From contig CAMAPH010000032.1 of the NCBI GenBank assembly GCA_945859975.1, positions 1 to 33,255 of the forward strand: a stretch of DNA of 33,255 nucleotides. Direction: 5' to 3'. How positions within the stretch are numbered: position 1 is the first letter of the stretch; each line of letters opens with the position of its first letter. Both the position numbers and the translations under genes were made by a program. Origin of the DNA: Chthonomonas calidirosea. GTDB taxonomy: Bacteria > Armatimonadota > Fimbriimonadia > Fimbriimonadales > Fimbriimonadaceae. Under the pieces are notes generated by a model. The model saw nothing but the letters and a program-made list of their open reading frames with translations. It searched no databases and was not told the origin of the DNA. This document shows, piece after piece, positions 10,003 to 17,978 of this stretch.

Positions 10003-11313
10003 GTGATGTCCCTCCTTCTTCTGGCTATCCTCGATGCTGAGCGGCCGGTGAGCGGTCCTGCCGTTCCCACCTACGCCCGAAACGTCGCACATATTCTCAA
10101 CCGCAGCTGCGTGCCCTGCCACCGACCGGGCGAGGCGGGACCGTTCCCTTTGACCAGCTATCCGGAAGCGAAGAAATGGTCCTCGATGATTGCTTTAACC
10201 ACCAAAAAGCGCACCATGCCACCGTGGAGCGCTGTGCCGGGACACGGCGATTTCGTGGGTGCCCGGGTGCTTACTTCCGCCGAAATCGGCGTATTGGACG
10301 CCTGGCATAAGGCTGGCGCCAGGCCCGGAAACCTCGCAACTGCTCCGGCTGCCCCCAAGTTCACCAAGGGTTGGCAATTGGGCGAGCCAGACATGGTGCT
10401 CACGATGCCGGAGGCGGTCGAGGTTCCAGCCGAAGGTCAAGATCAGCTTCGCAACATTGTCATTCCGTCCGGACTTTTAGAAGATAAAACTGTCGGTGCG
10501 CTAGAGTTTCGGCCCAGCAACGCAAAGGTTGTCCACCACGCGCTCGTGTTCTTGGATAACAGCCAAGCCGCGCGAAAGTTGGATGCGGCCGATCCGGGAG
10601 TCGGCTATGTCTCGTTTGGTGGAACAGGCTTTATGCCGTCCGGCTCGCTCGGCGGTTGGGCTCCGGGAGGGACAACCAAGTGGCTGCCCGACGGAGTTGG
10701 CCGGTACTTCCAAAAGGGTTCGGATGTGGTGCTGCAGATCCACTATCACCCGACCGGTAAGCCGGAAAAAGACCAGTCCAAGATCGGAATCTACTTCAGC
10801 CGGAAACCCGTCACTCAGCTCGTCGGCGGAATCAGCATCGAGAACTGGCAAATTGATATCCCGGCTGGTGATTCCAACTACCTGCGCACCGCCAGCTGCA
10901 CCTTGCCTAGGGACCTCACCGTGCTTTCAGTAACGCCGCACATGCATCTGCTCGGTAAAGAAATGCGCGCCCGAGCAATTCTTCCAGACGGCACGCGCCG
11001 ACCTCTAGTTTGGGTGAAGCCCTGGAACTTCCGCTGGCAAGAAACCTACGTCCTCCGCGAGCCGATGAAACTCCCTGCTGGCACCCGACTCGAACTCGAA
11101 TCCTGGCATGATAACTCCGCGAAGAACCCTACTAACCCCTTCAACCCACCCCAGCGCGTGACCTATGGCGAAGGCTCAAACGACGAGATGTCGCTCTGCA
11201 TTTTAGAAGTCACGACGAACCGAATCGAGGACTTGATTTTCACGATCAACGACAACGGGCAGCAAAACCGGGTTTTGGAACGGATTCTGAGCTTGGCGAA
11301 GCGGAAGAAGTGA
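10003..11313 (+). CDS. Cytochrome c (CxxCH) fused to a copper type II (PHM/DBH-like) monooxygenase domain, probably exported
   Basis: CVPCH heme motif and MPPW distal Met; VVHH, QIHYH, PHMH and DEM copper-ligand motifs; hydrophobic N-terminus. Confidence 0.8.
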   Translation: MMSLLLLAILDAERPVSGPAVPTYARNVAHILNRSCVPCHRPGEAGPFPLTSYPEAKKWSSMIALTTKKRTMPPWSAVPGHGDFVGARVLTSAEIGVLDAWHKAGARPGNLATAPAAPKFTKGWQLGEPDMVLTMPEAVEVPAEGQDQLRNIVIPSGLLEDKTVGALEFRPSNAKVVHHALVFLDNSQAARKLDAADPGVGYVSFGGTGFMPSGSLGGWAPGGTTKWLPDGVGRYFQKGSDVVLQIHYHPTGKPEKDQSKIGIYFSRKPVTQLVGGISIENWQIDIPAGDSNYLRTASCTLPRDLTVLSVTPHMHLLGKEMRARAILPDGTRRPLVWVKPWNFRWQETYVLREPMKLPAGTRLELESWHDNSAKNPTNPFNPPQRVTYGEGSNDEMSLCILEVTTNRIEDLIFTINDNGQQNRVLERILSLAKRKK

Positions 11314-11361
11314 CATCTTCGCTCGCCAATAGTCAGCGCTCTGGCAATCCGCAGTTGAGAC

Positions 11362-11886
11362 TTATTCGTTGTCCTTGTCCGCGTCGATCGGGTTGAACGG
11401 GGCGGCCTTTGGGTCGACGATGGTGTTCTGGGCGGATGCGATCAACCACTGCTTGTCCCTTCGGAGCATGGTGAAGGTGAGTCGGTTCAGGTTCTCGGGC
11501 ATCACACGGCCGTCGGGTGTTTTGTAGGAACCCATTTTCAGCGTGCAAACCGCAACCGCCATGGTCTCGCCAAACCCCCGAATCTCAATCTTTTGGATGG
11601 ATTGCGGAACGCCCTTGAACATCAGCTCAAAGTAGACGGCATGTGCCTTCACCACGTTCGCCTTCCCACGCCAGCACATTCCGACCACGTTGACCCAGTT
11701 GCATTGCTCATCGAGCTGCTTGCCGTAAAGGTCGACGTCCTGCGTGTTCCACGCCTTTTCCATGTTGGCGAGCGTGGTGGAAATGCCGTCGATTCCTGGC
11801 TTATCCAGGTTGGTGGAAGTTACTTTTGCGTTCATGAGAGGAGTTTGGAGGGCGGCCAAGGCAAGGACGGTGCTGAAACTTAGCAT
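11362..11886 (-). CDS. Exported SnoaL/NTF2-like protein (SgcJ/EcaC, DUF4440-like)
   Basis: Signal-like N-terminus; AWN..D, WVNVVG..WRG, W.IASAQNT pattern. Confidence 0.8.
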   Translation of the reverse strand: MLSFSTVLALAALQTPLMNAKVTSTNLDKPGIDGISTTLANMEKAWNTQDVDLYGKQLDEQCNWVNVVGMCWRGKANVVKAHAVYFELMFKGVPQSIQKIEIRGFGETMAVAVCTLKMGSYKTPDGRVMPENLNRLTFTMLRRDKQWLIASAQNTIVDPKAAPFNPIDADKDNE

Positions 11887-11920
11887 GGTCTGAGTATGCG
11901 GAGCACCTTCTGGCGAACTC

Positions 11921-12712
11921 CTAGTAAGAATCCGACAATTTGCTCAGAACCAAGTTCGGTGCCGCGCCGGCCAGTTCACGAAAGTCGTGAACCAAGTGCA
12001 TTTGGTCGTGGTACCCAAGTTCCGCCGCAATCTCGCCCCAGGTGCTTTCGGGCTGCTCTCGCCGCAGTCGCACTGCGGTTTCGAACCTTCGGACCCGCCA
12101 AAATCGCTTCGGCGAAACCCCGACCTGCTGCAAGAACAGGCGTTGCACTTGCCGTGCGCCGAATGGGGCGTTAACGAGCCAATCGTCCAGCGGTGCTCCC
12201 GTGTGAGGCGCGGCCAAAATGGAGCAGAGCCATCGACTGGAATCGGACCGCCGAGCTTCGGCCGCGTGGACAAAAGGCCGTAATGTCCGTTCCGCCTCCT
12301 CAACTGCCTTTTCGAACGAGCTACATTGCCCCAATCTTTCTCGCAATCCCTGCAAGCAAACCGCCTCTAGGTCGACCGAAGTGCCGGCGATTTCTTGCAT
12401 GGGTAGTTGGAACAACTCATGGAAAGCCGTGGGCCGGAAAACGATCGTGAAGTTGCGGAGCCTTCCGACTCGGTTCAGTCGAATCGGCGCGACCGCCTGT
12501 AATCCGACCAGGGTTGCCGGAGCCGCTCGAAACCGGTTTGATTGCGAGAGGTCCTCAACCTCGTACTGATCCTCCAAGTAGAACTCGCAGAACTGCGTCA
12601 GCCGCGCTGGGCTGATGAAGCTGTCCACCATCGCCCCGGGCTCGCAAACCCGATATTGGTAGCGCCGAACGAACGGCGCAAGCGGTGGTGATGGCAGGAG
12701 GGTTTGGACCAT
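11921..12712 (-). CDS. AraC-family transcriptional regulator
   Basis: RQVQRLF.QQVGVSPK.F.RV.RF and W.EIA.ELGYHDQMHLVHDFRELAG..P; N-terminal P...LAPFV sensor domain. Confidence 0.92.
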   Translation of the reverse strand: MVQTLLPSPPLAPFVRRYQYRVCEPGAMVDSFISPARLTQFCEFYLEDQYEVEDLSQSNRFRAAPATLVGLQAVAPIRLNRVGRLRNFTIVFRPTAFHELFQLPMQEIAGTSVDLEAVCLQGLRERLGQCSSFEKAVEEAERTLRPFVHAAEARRSDSSRWLCSILAAPHTGAPLDDWLVNAPFGARQVQRLFLQQVGVSPKRFWRVRRFETAVRLRREQPESTWGEIAAELGYHDQMHLVHDFRELAGAAPNLVLSKLSDSY

Positions 12713-12730
12713 GGCACCAAGGGGTAGGAA

Positions 12731-13048
12731 TCAGGCCGAAGTCTTCTCGACGAGATCGGGCCGATATCGAATTTTCGTCCAATATTCGACTCGCACGTCC
12801 TCGTCAATGTCGACGCCCGGCTGGCCATAAAGCCGATCGCCCCCCGCGCGCTTCGGTCCGCTATTCCAATACCGCTCACCGGTTTCCATGTCGTAATAGT
12901 TCGCCTTATAGCCACCCTTCAGACTCTGAAAGCTCTTGTCCTGGTAGTAAATCGTCTTCCGCGTCTTCGAAAACGTCACCCGCCCAATCCGCCCCCGGCC
13001 ACCCAAGCCTCCGGACTTGTTTTCGATATACATGATTCGGCTTTGCAT
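12731..13048 (-). CDS. Small conserved hypothetical protein (about 105 aa)
   Basis: RIMYIE.K...RIGRVTFSKT..TIYY....FQSLKGG.KANYYD.ETGE.YW.SGPK..GGDRLY resembles a widespread small family of unknown function; ATG 13048 preferred over 13096. Confidence 0.75.
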   Translation of the reverse strand: MQSRIMYIENKSGGLGGRGRIGRVTFSKTRKTIYYQDKSFQSLKGGYKANYYDMETGERYWNSGPKRAGGDRLYGQPGVDIDEDVRVEYWTKIRYRPDLVEKTSA

Positions 13049-13117
13049 TTCGATTCCGAGGAAAGCGCCCCGCAATCGGTCGCCTGTTCTTTGCATTATG
13101 CATGCGGTTACCTCCGA

Positions 13118-14152
13118 TCAGCGGCCAGGAATCAGGCGGAGAAACCCGTGGAACAGCACGATCGCGGTGAAAACTACCCCGCGCGGAAGTAGCTTCCATG
13201 AAAACTTTGCCACCGCTGGGGTTCCGGATCCCAATAGACGAGCGAGCTGCGAAAGGTAGGCGACGCCGTGAGGGCGATCAACCAGCCGGTTGAGCCATGT
13301 CTCAGGAATCCCCGCCCGCCCACAGGAGATCCCCGCGAGGGACCCGGCGATGGAACCCACCGTATCGGTGTCACCACCAAGCCGGACGACCGCTTCAATG
13401 CTCGTGCGAAAATCGCCGAAGTGGATAAACCAGGCGGCAACCGCGGCCGGGATCGTCTCTAGCACGTAGCCGGAGACCCCTTTTTGTCGGCCTCTATCGG
13501 TTAATGCCAAGTCTAGATTTCCCGATCCGCAAGCGGCCAGAGTTCTTTGCACCGCCTCTTCCCAGTCCGGACCGTTTCCGGAATCCCGCAGGATTTGCTC
13601 CAGTTGGGCGAGGCTTGGCCGGACCTGCTGCAGTGTGAGGAAGGCGGCGAGGTCGGCTATCGCCTTGGCACCGAACACGGCACGTGGGTCGCGATGGGTG
13701 ATGTGCGAGGAGGCTTCGACAAAGCGAGCCCGGACCTCCGGGTTTTCGGCGTGAACCACGCCGATCAGGGCCGACCTCATGGCTGCCCCATTTCCGGCAG
13801 AAACAACGCCACTTCGCGAGCTCGGGACACCGCAATACAGCCGAACAATGCTCCGAAGCGTCGCCAGCCCGCAACCCGCCGGGAAGCAGAGAAGCCAGCA
13901 CTTGAGCCGATTCGCCAGCACCCGCCCAAACTTGTCCGCGTCGTCACCGGCCTCGATCAGGGCCTGGCCAACAAAGACCGTATGATCCGTGTCGTCGCTG
14001 ACCATGCCGCGCCCGAAGACGAGGTGATGTTCCAATGGAAGCGTGAGCCTCCGCGCGATCCGCTTAGGCGCCAGTCCCTCGAAGGGAAGCCCAATCGAGT
14101 CCCCCGTCGCGCAACCCAGCAGGCAGCCCTCGATCGCGCTCTCTTTAGTCAT
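13118..14152 (-). CDS. ADP-ribosylglycohydrolase family protein
   Basis: G.LLG.ATGDS.GLPFEG, SDDT, SAGNGAAMR, THRD, GGDTDT motifs. Confidence 0.92.
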   Translation of the reverse strand: MTKESAIEGCLLGCATGDSIGLPFEGLAPKRIARRLTLPLEHHLVFGRGMVSDDTDHTVFVGQALIEAGDDADKFGRVLANRLKCWLLCFPAGCGLATLRSIVRLYCGVPSSRSGVVSAGNGAAMRSALIGVVHAENPEVRARFVEASSHITHRDPRAVFGAKAIADLAAFLTLQQVRPSLAQLEQILRDSGNGPDWEEAVQRTLAACGSGNLDLALTDRGRQKGVSGYVLETIPAAVAAWFIHFGDFRTSIEAVVRLGGDTDTVGSIAGSLAGISCGRAGIPETWLNRLVDRPHGVAYLSQLARLLGSGTPAVAKFSWKLLPRGVVFTAIVLFHGFLRLIPGR

Positions 14153-14170
14153 CAGCCGTTCGTAAGACGC

Positions 14171-15088
14171 TTACGGAAGGGTGTTCCCGGCCGCGAGGTA
14201 GATCGCGTACCAGTCCTGGCGCGAGAGCTCGATCTTCATTGCATCCGCGACCTGAGTCACGCGATCGACGTTCGTTGTCCCGAGGACCGATTGGATCTTT
14301 GCCGGGTGGCGCTGGATCCAAGCGATGGCGAGGCCCGTCTTGGTGATCCCGTACTTTTCGCCAAGCTCGTCCATCGCCTTGTTGAGCTCCGGAAACTTGG
14401 GGTTGTCGATGAAGACGCCATCGAAGAACCCGAACTGGAACGGCGACCACGCCTGGATGGTGATCTTCTTTAGCCGGCAGTAGTCCAGCACCCCGCCGTC
14501 TCGATCGATCGAGTTGTCGATCTTCGTGTTCGCGGCGATGCCTTGGTCGATCGGGCCGGTGTTGGTGATGCTGAGCTGGAGCTGGTTCGCGCAGAGCGGG
14601 TCGGGCAACGACGCCTGCAATAGCTCAATCTGGTTCGGGGTGAAGTTGCTGACGCCAAAATGCCGCACCTTTCCGCTCGCTTTCAGCGTGGCGAAAGCCT
14701 CCGCCACCTCGTCTGGCTCGATGAGCGCATCGGGACGGTGAAGGAGCAGGATGTCTAAGTAATCCGTCTTCAGGCGCTCCAAGATCCGATTCGTCGAATC
14801 CAGAATGTGCTCTTTGCTGAAATCGTAGCAGCCCTTCCGAATGCCGCACTTGCTCTGCAAAATCAGCTTGCTACGGTCGAGGCCTAATCGCGCAATCGAC
14901 GCCGCAAAAACCTCCTCGCAACTCCCTCCGCCGTAGATATCGGCGTGGTCGTAAAAGTCGATGCCGAGGTCATACGAAGTCTGGATCAGCTTATCGAGGG
15001 CGGCCGGCTCCATCCCGCCGATCCGCATGCACCCAAGCGCGACCTCCGATGCCTCAATGCCCGACTTTCCGATCTCAAAACGCTTCAT
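14171..15088 (-). CDS. Aldo/keto reductase (YdhF/YcsN-like)
   Basis: LGCMR, DHADIYGG, QSKCGI, LLLHRPD, GVSNF, QAWSP, GTT motifs. Confidence 0.94.
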   Translation of the reverse strand: MKRFEIGKSGIEASEVALGCMRIGGMEPAALDKLIQTSYDLGIDFYDHADIYGGGSCEEVFAASIARLGLDRSKLILQSKCGIRKGCYDFSKEHILDSTNRILERLKTDYLDILLLHRPDALIEPDEVAEAFATLKASGKVRHFGVSNFTPNQIELLQASLPDPLCANQLQLSITNTGPIDQGIAANTKIDNSIDRDGGVLDYCRLKKITIQAWSPFQFGFFDGVFIDNPKFPELNKAMDELGEKYGITKTGLAIAWIQRHPAKIQSVLGTTNVDRVTQVADAMKIELSRQDWYAIYLAAGNTLP

Positions 15089-15131
15089 GCGTACAGGTTA
15101 CACCCGGCATGCCGCGCGCGACCGAACGAGC

Positions 15132-15464
15132 CTAAACGTCCAACTCCCGAACCGGCCGAACCTCAATCGTCCCGTACTTTGCCGGAGGAATATCGGAGGC
15201 GATTCGGATGGCCTCGTTCAGGTCCTTCGCCTCGACCAGATAGAACCCCGCCAGCATTTCCTTGGTCTCCGCAAACGGGCCGTCGGTGACGGACAACGTA
15301 CCGTTTCGCACCTTCACGCTCGTGGCAGAATCCACCGGATGCAGCGCGTCGGCGGCGAGGAGCTTGCCCTTATCGACAAGCTCCTGCCCATAGGCCGCGC
15401 AGGTTGGGTCCGGACAAGCGCTCCAGTTCTCTTTGTCCAGATAGACGAGGCACAGGTATTTCAT
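15132..15464 (-). CDS. YciI-like DGPF-domain protein
   Basis: MKYLCL, TDGPFAETKE.LAGFYL, IEVRPV; 4-nt overlap with the upstream VOC gene. Confidence 0.93.
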   Translation of the reverse strand: MKYLCLVYLDKENWSACPDPTCAAYGQELVDKGKLLAADALHPVDSATSVKVRNGTLSVTDGPFAETKEMLAGFYLVEAKDLNEAIRIASDIPPAKYGTIEVRPVRELDV

Positions 15465-15898
15465 TGCGTTTCAGGAAGGTTGCCGTTGATGGCCCATTCT
15501 ATGCCGAATTTGTCGGTGAGCATGCCAAACTTCTCCGCCCAGAAAGACGGTTCGTACGGCATCACAATCTCGCCGCCTTCCGCCAGTTGATCAAAAGTCT
15601 TCTGGCCTTCCTCGACGGTTGGGTAGTTCAGGGTGATCATGAAGCCGGAAACCGGGGCAACGGCTCGGCCCGGAAAGCTGTCGCTACCGTAGATCAGCGC
15701 GCCACCCGGAAGCTGGAGCATGGCGTTCATTACGCGATTTTTAGCTTCCTCTGGGCAAGGATTATCGCCCGGCATTTCGCCGTAGGTCATCGAACTCACG
15801 ACGGTTCCGCCAAGCACCGTGGCATAGAAGGCAAGGGCTTCGGTGCAGGTGCCATCGAAGAAGAGGTAGGGGATGGGTTGAAGGGCAGTCTTTTCCAT
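15461..15898 (-). CDS. VOC/PhnB-like (glyoxalase superfamily) protein
   Basis: PYLFFDG.C.EAL.FY, LAEGG.IVMP...FWA..FGML.DKFGI.W; ATG 15898 preferred to TTG 15913. Confidence 0.9.
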   Translation of the reverse strand: MEKTALQPIPYLFFDGTCTEALAFYATVLGGTVVSSMTYGEMPGDNPCPEEAKNRVMNAMLQLPGGALIYGSDSFPGRAVAPVSGFMITLNYPTVEEGQKTFDQLAEGGEIVMPYEPSFWAEKFGMLTDKFGIEWAINGNLPETQ

Positions 15899-15944
15899 TT
15901 TGGGTTCTCGCAAATCGGCGCCTCGTTTTCAGCGTCGATAGAAT

Positions 15945-15971
15945 GTCTTTCGAACCAGTCTGGAATCGACA
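15945..15971 (-). promoter_or_regulatory. Putative ECF42-type promoter for the VOC-DGPF genes
   Basis: Minus-strand GATGTCGATT (TGTCGA at 15971-15966) just after the sigma stop; the -10 match (CGAA/AGAC) is imperfect. Confidence 0.45.
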
Positions 15972-15981
15972 TCCGCCGACA

Positions 15982-17199
15982 TTATTCTTGAGAAATTTCT
16001 GAAAGGCGTTTGCGAATGAGTTCGCGTTCGGGTTCCTGTCGCGCCAGGCTCAGGGCCATTTCGTAGTCGCTCCTCGCCGCTGCCGAATCTCCCTTGCGCC
16101 GAAACAGCTCGCCGCGCGCGACATAAATCCGGTGATAACCCGGTAACTGTCCCGCTTCCAAAATGTGATTGATCTGACTGATCCCCGCATCCGGGCCGTC
16201 GCGCATCGCGATGGCGACCGCGCGGTTCAAAGCAACTACCGGTGACGGTTCCAAACTCAACAGCACGTTATAAAGGCCGATGATCTCACTCCAGTCCGTT
16301 TCGGCGTAAGTCGCCGCCTCGGCGTGCACCGCCGCGATGGCCGCCTGAAGTGAATACGCCCCGCACCGGCCAGAGCGGAGGGCATGAGAAACCAGGCCGC
16401 TAGCTTCGGCGATTGCTTGTCGATCCCAAACGGACCGATCTTGATTCTCTAACAAGATGATTTCGCCCTCGGCAGTTGCCCGGGTCTGGCTCCGCGCTTG
16501 GTGTAGCAGCATCAGCGCCAGCAGCCCATTCGCCTCCGGCTCGTCCGAAAGTGCAACCACCTGTCGACCAAGATCGATCGCCAACGCCATCAGCTCGGGG
16601 CGAACAACCGCCCGCCCCGAACTCGAGGAATACCCTTCGTTGAAGACAAGGTAGATGGTTTTGAGTACCGCTTCCACGCGTGAGGGCAGCTCTTCGCGGT
16701 TCGGCAGTTCGAAAGGGATGGTTGCCTCTCGAATCTTGGCTTTTGCCCGTACAATTCGCTGAGCGATGGTCGGCGCGGGAGTTAGAAATGCCGATGCGAT
16801 TTCTTCCGTGGTGAGTTCGCAAACTTCCCGCAAGGTCAGGGCGACTTGGGCATCTGGCGAAATCGCTGGGTGGCAGCAGGTGAACACCAAACGCAGAAGG
16901 TCATCGCCCGAGCTCTCGGGCTCCGTCACGGCCACTGCTTCCACCGCGTTTAACGGCACAAAACGGCGCTTCTTTCGCAGATCAGAGATCCCGCGAAACT
17001 TGGCGGTCTGGAATAGCCACGCCGCAGGGTTATCGGGCACCCCTTGCTCCGGCCACTGGCTCGCCGCCGCCCGCATCGCCTCTTGCAACGCGTCCTCCGC
17101 GACATCGAAGTCGTCGAGAACCCGAACCAGCCGCGCAAAAAGCCGCCGCGATTCGGCGCGATAAGTTGCCGCCAGCACCAGTTGAGCATCCGTGTCCAT
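15982..17199 (-). CDS. ECF sigma factor with C-terminal TPR extension (ECF42-type)
   Basis: AEDALQEA, DDLLRLVFTCCHPA, ALTLR, TIAQRIVRAK, IYLVFNEGY, LQAAIAAVH, VVALNRAVA; DGPF neighbour. ATG 17199 avoids overlap with the upstream gene. Confidence 0.92.
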   Translation of the reverse strand: MDTDAQLVLAATYRAESRRLFARLVRVLDDFDVAEDALQEAMRAAASQWPEQGVPDNPAAWLFQTAKFRGISDLRKKRRFVPLNAVEAVAVTEPESSGDDLLRLVFTCCHPAISPDAQVALTLREVCELTTEEIASAFLTPAPTIAQRIVRAKAKIREATIPFELPNREELPSRVEAVLKTIYLVFNEGYSSSSGRAVVRPELMALAIDLGRQVVALSDEPEANGLLALMLLHQARSQTRATAEGEIILLENQDRSVWDRQAIAEASGLVSHALRSGRCGAYSLQAAIAAVHAEAATYAETDWSEIIGLYNVLLSLEPSPVVALNRAVAIAMRDGPDAGISQINHILEAGQLPGYHRIYVARGELFRRKGDSAAARSDYEMALSLARQEPERELIRKRLSEISQE

Positions 17200-17222
17200 G
17201 TCGAAACCTGAGTGAGAAAGGA

Positions 17223-17960
17223 CTATAGCTGGGTCGAGTCTGACCAGAGGAAAGTCACTTCCCCGATAGAAAAGTTCACGCCCGGGAACGGCATCCAAGT
17301 GGCATCGTCAAAGTCCTCGGAGCTCATCTTCGTCAGCCCGTTGTTGCCAAAGTCTCGTAGCTCCCAGAGACCCTCCGCGTTCCGGAAAATCCTCACCTGA
17401 TTCGTGTCCACGTTCGGAACTGCGCCGGAAATGTCGAGGCTGCGGGCGTATGGATTGAGCTTCCCAATCATCAGCCCCCGCACGTCCAGCTTCACGACCT
17501 TCGTCATTTCACAGTCAAGCTCGAAGGAATGGTCGCTGACCACGCGGATGTAAACCGAAAAATCCGGCTCGACATACCCCTCTGGCTTAGCCGCCAGGTC
17601 AACTTTGAAGGTCCCGACAAAGTCGAGCTTTAGCCCTTCCGCCTCGTAGTCGCGGGGATTGCCGAAATCTTCCGGATTGAACGAGACGATGTAAAAGTTG
17701 TGGTCAAAGCTCGCGACCTTCTCCCGCACATCCTCGGCGTAAGAACTGCTGCACGCGAGTACCAAAAGGGCGTCGGCCAGCGACTTCCACCCCTTGTTGA
17801 ACTCAACGTCCATGAAGTCATGGTCATAAAAGTTCACGCCCTGAGAGGCAGCGAACTCGGAAATCGGCCGGTCATCTGCCGCATAAGTTTCTTTCAAAAA
17901 CTTGTTCAGCCGGGTTTTGTTTGCCGCCTTCCCGAGCCACAAGTGGAGAACGTCCCTCAT
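17223..17960 (-). CDS. Imm22 (DUF4284)-like domain fused to a degenerate FHA-like domain
   Basis: N-terminus LHLWLG...F....GVNFYDHDFM...SSSY...FVGTF is Imm22-like; C-terminus LMIGK...V...QVRI....G.W.LRDFG.NG...G..FSIGEVTF is FHA-like. Confidence 0.6.
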   Translation of the reverse strand: MRDVLHLWLGKAANKTRLNKFLKETYAADDRPISEFAASQGVNFYDHDFMDVEFNKGWKSLADALLVLACSSSYAEDVREKVASFDHNFYIVSFNPEDFGNPRDYEAEGLKLDFVGTFKVDLAAKPEGYVEPDFSVYIRVVSDHSFELDCEMTKVVKLDVRGLMIGKLNPYARSLDISGAVPNVDTNQVRIFRNAEGLWELRDFGNNGLTKMSSEDFDDATWMPFPGVNFSIGEVTFLWSDSTQL

Positions 17961-17978
17961 CTCGCACCACTCTACCAA

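Noticed and set aside
13547..14473. 308-aa plus-strand ORF
   Set aside because: Antisense to the ADP-ribosylglycohydrolase and aldo-keto reductase genes; no recognisable features.
17200..17298. N-terminal extension of the ECF sigma in the ORF track
   Set aside because: Overlaps the upstream gene by 76 nt and is not sigma-like; ATG 17199 fits better.
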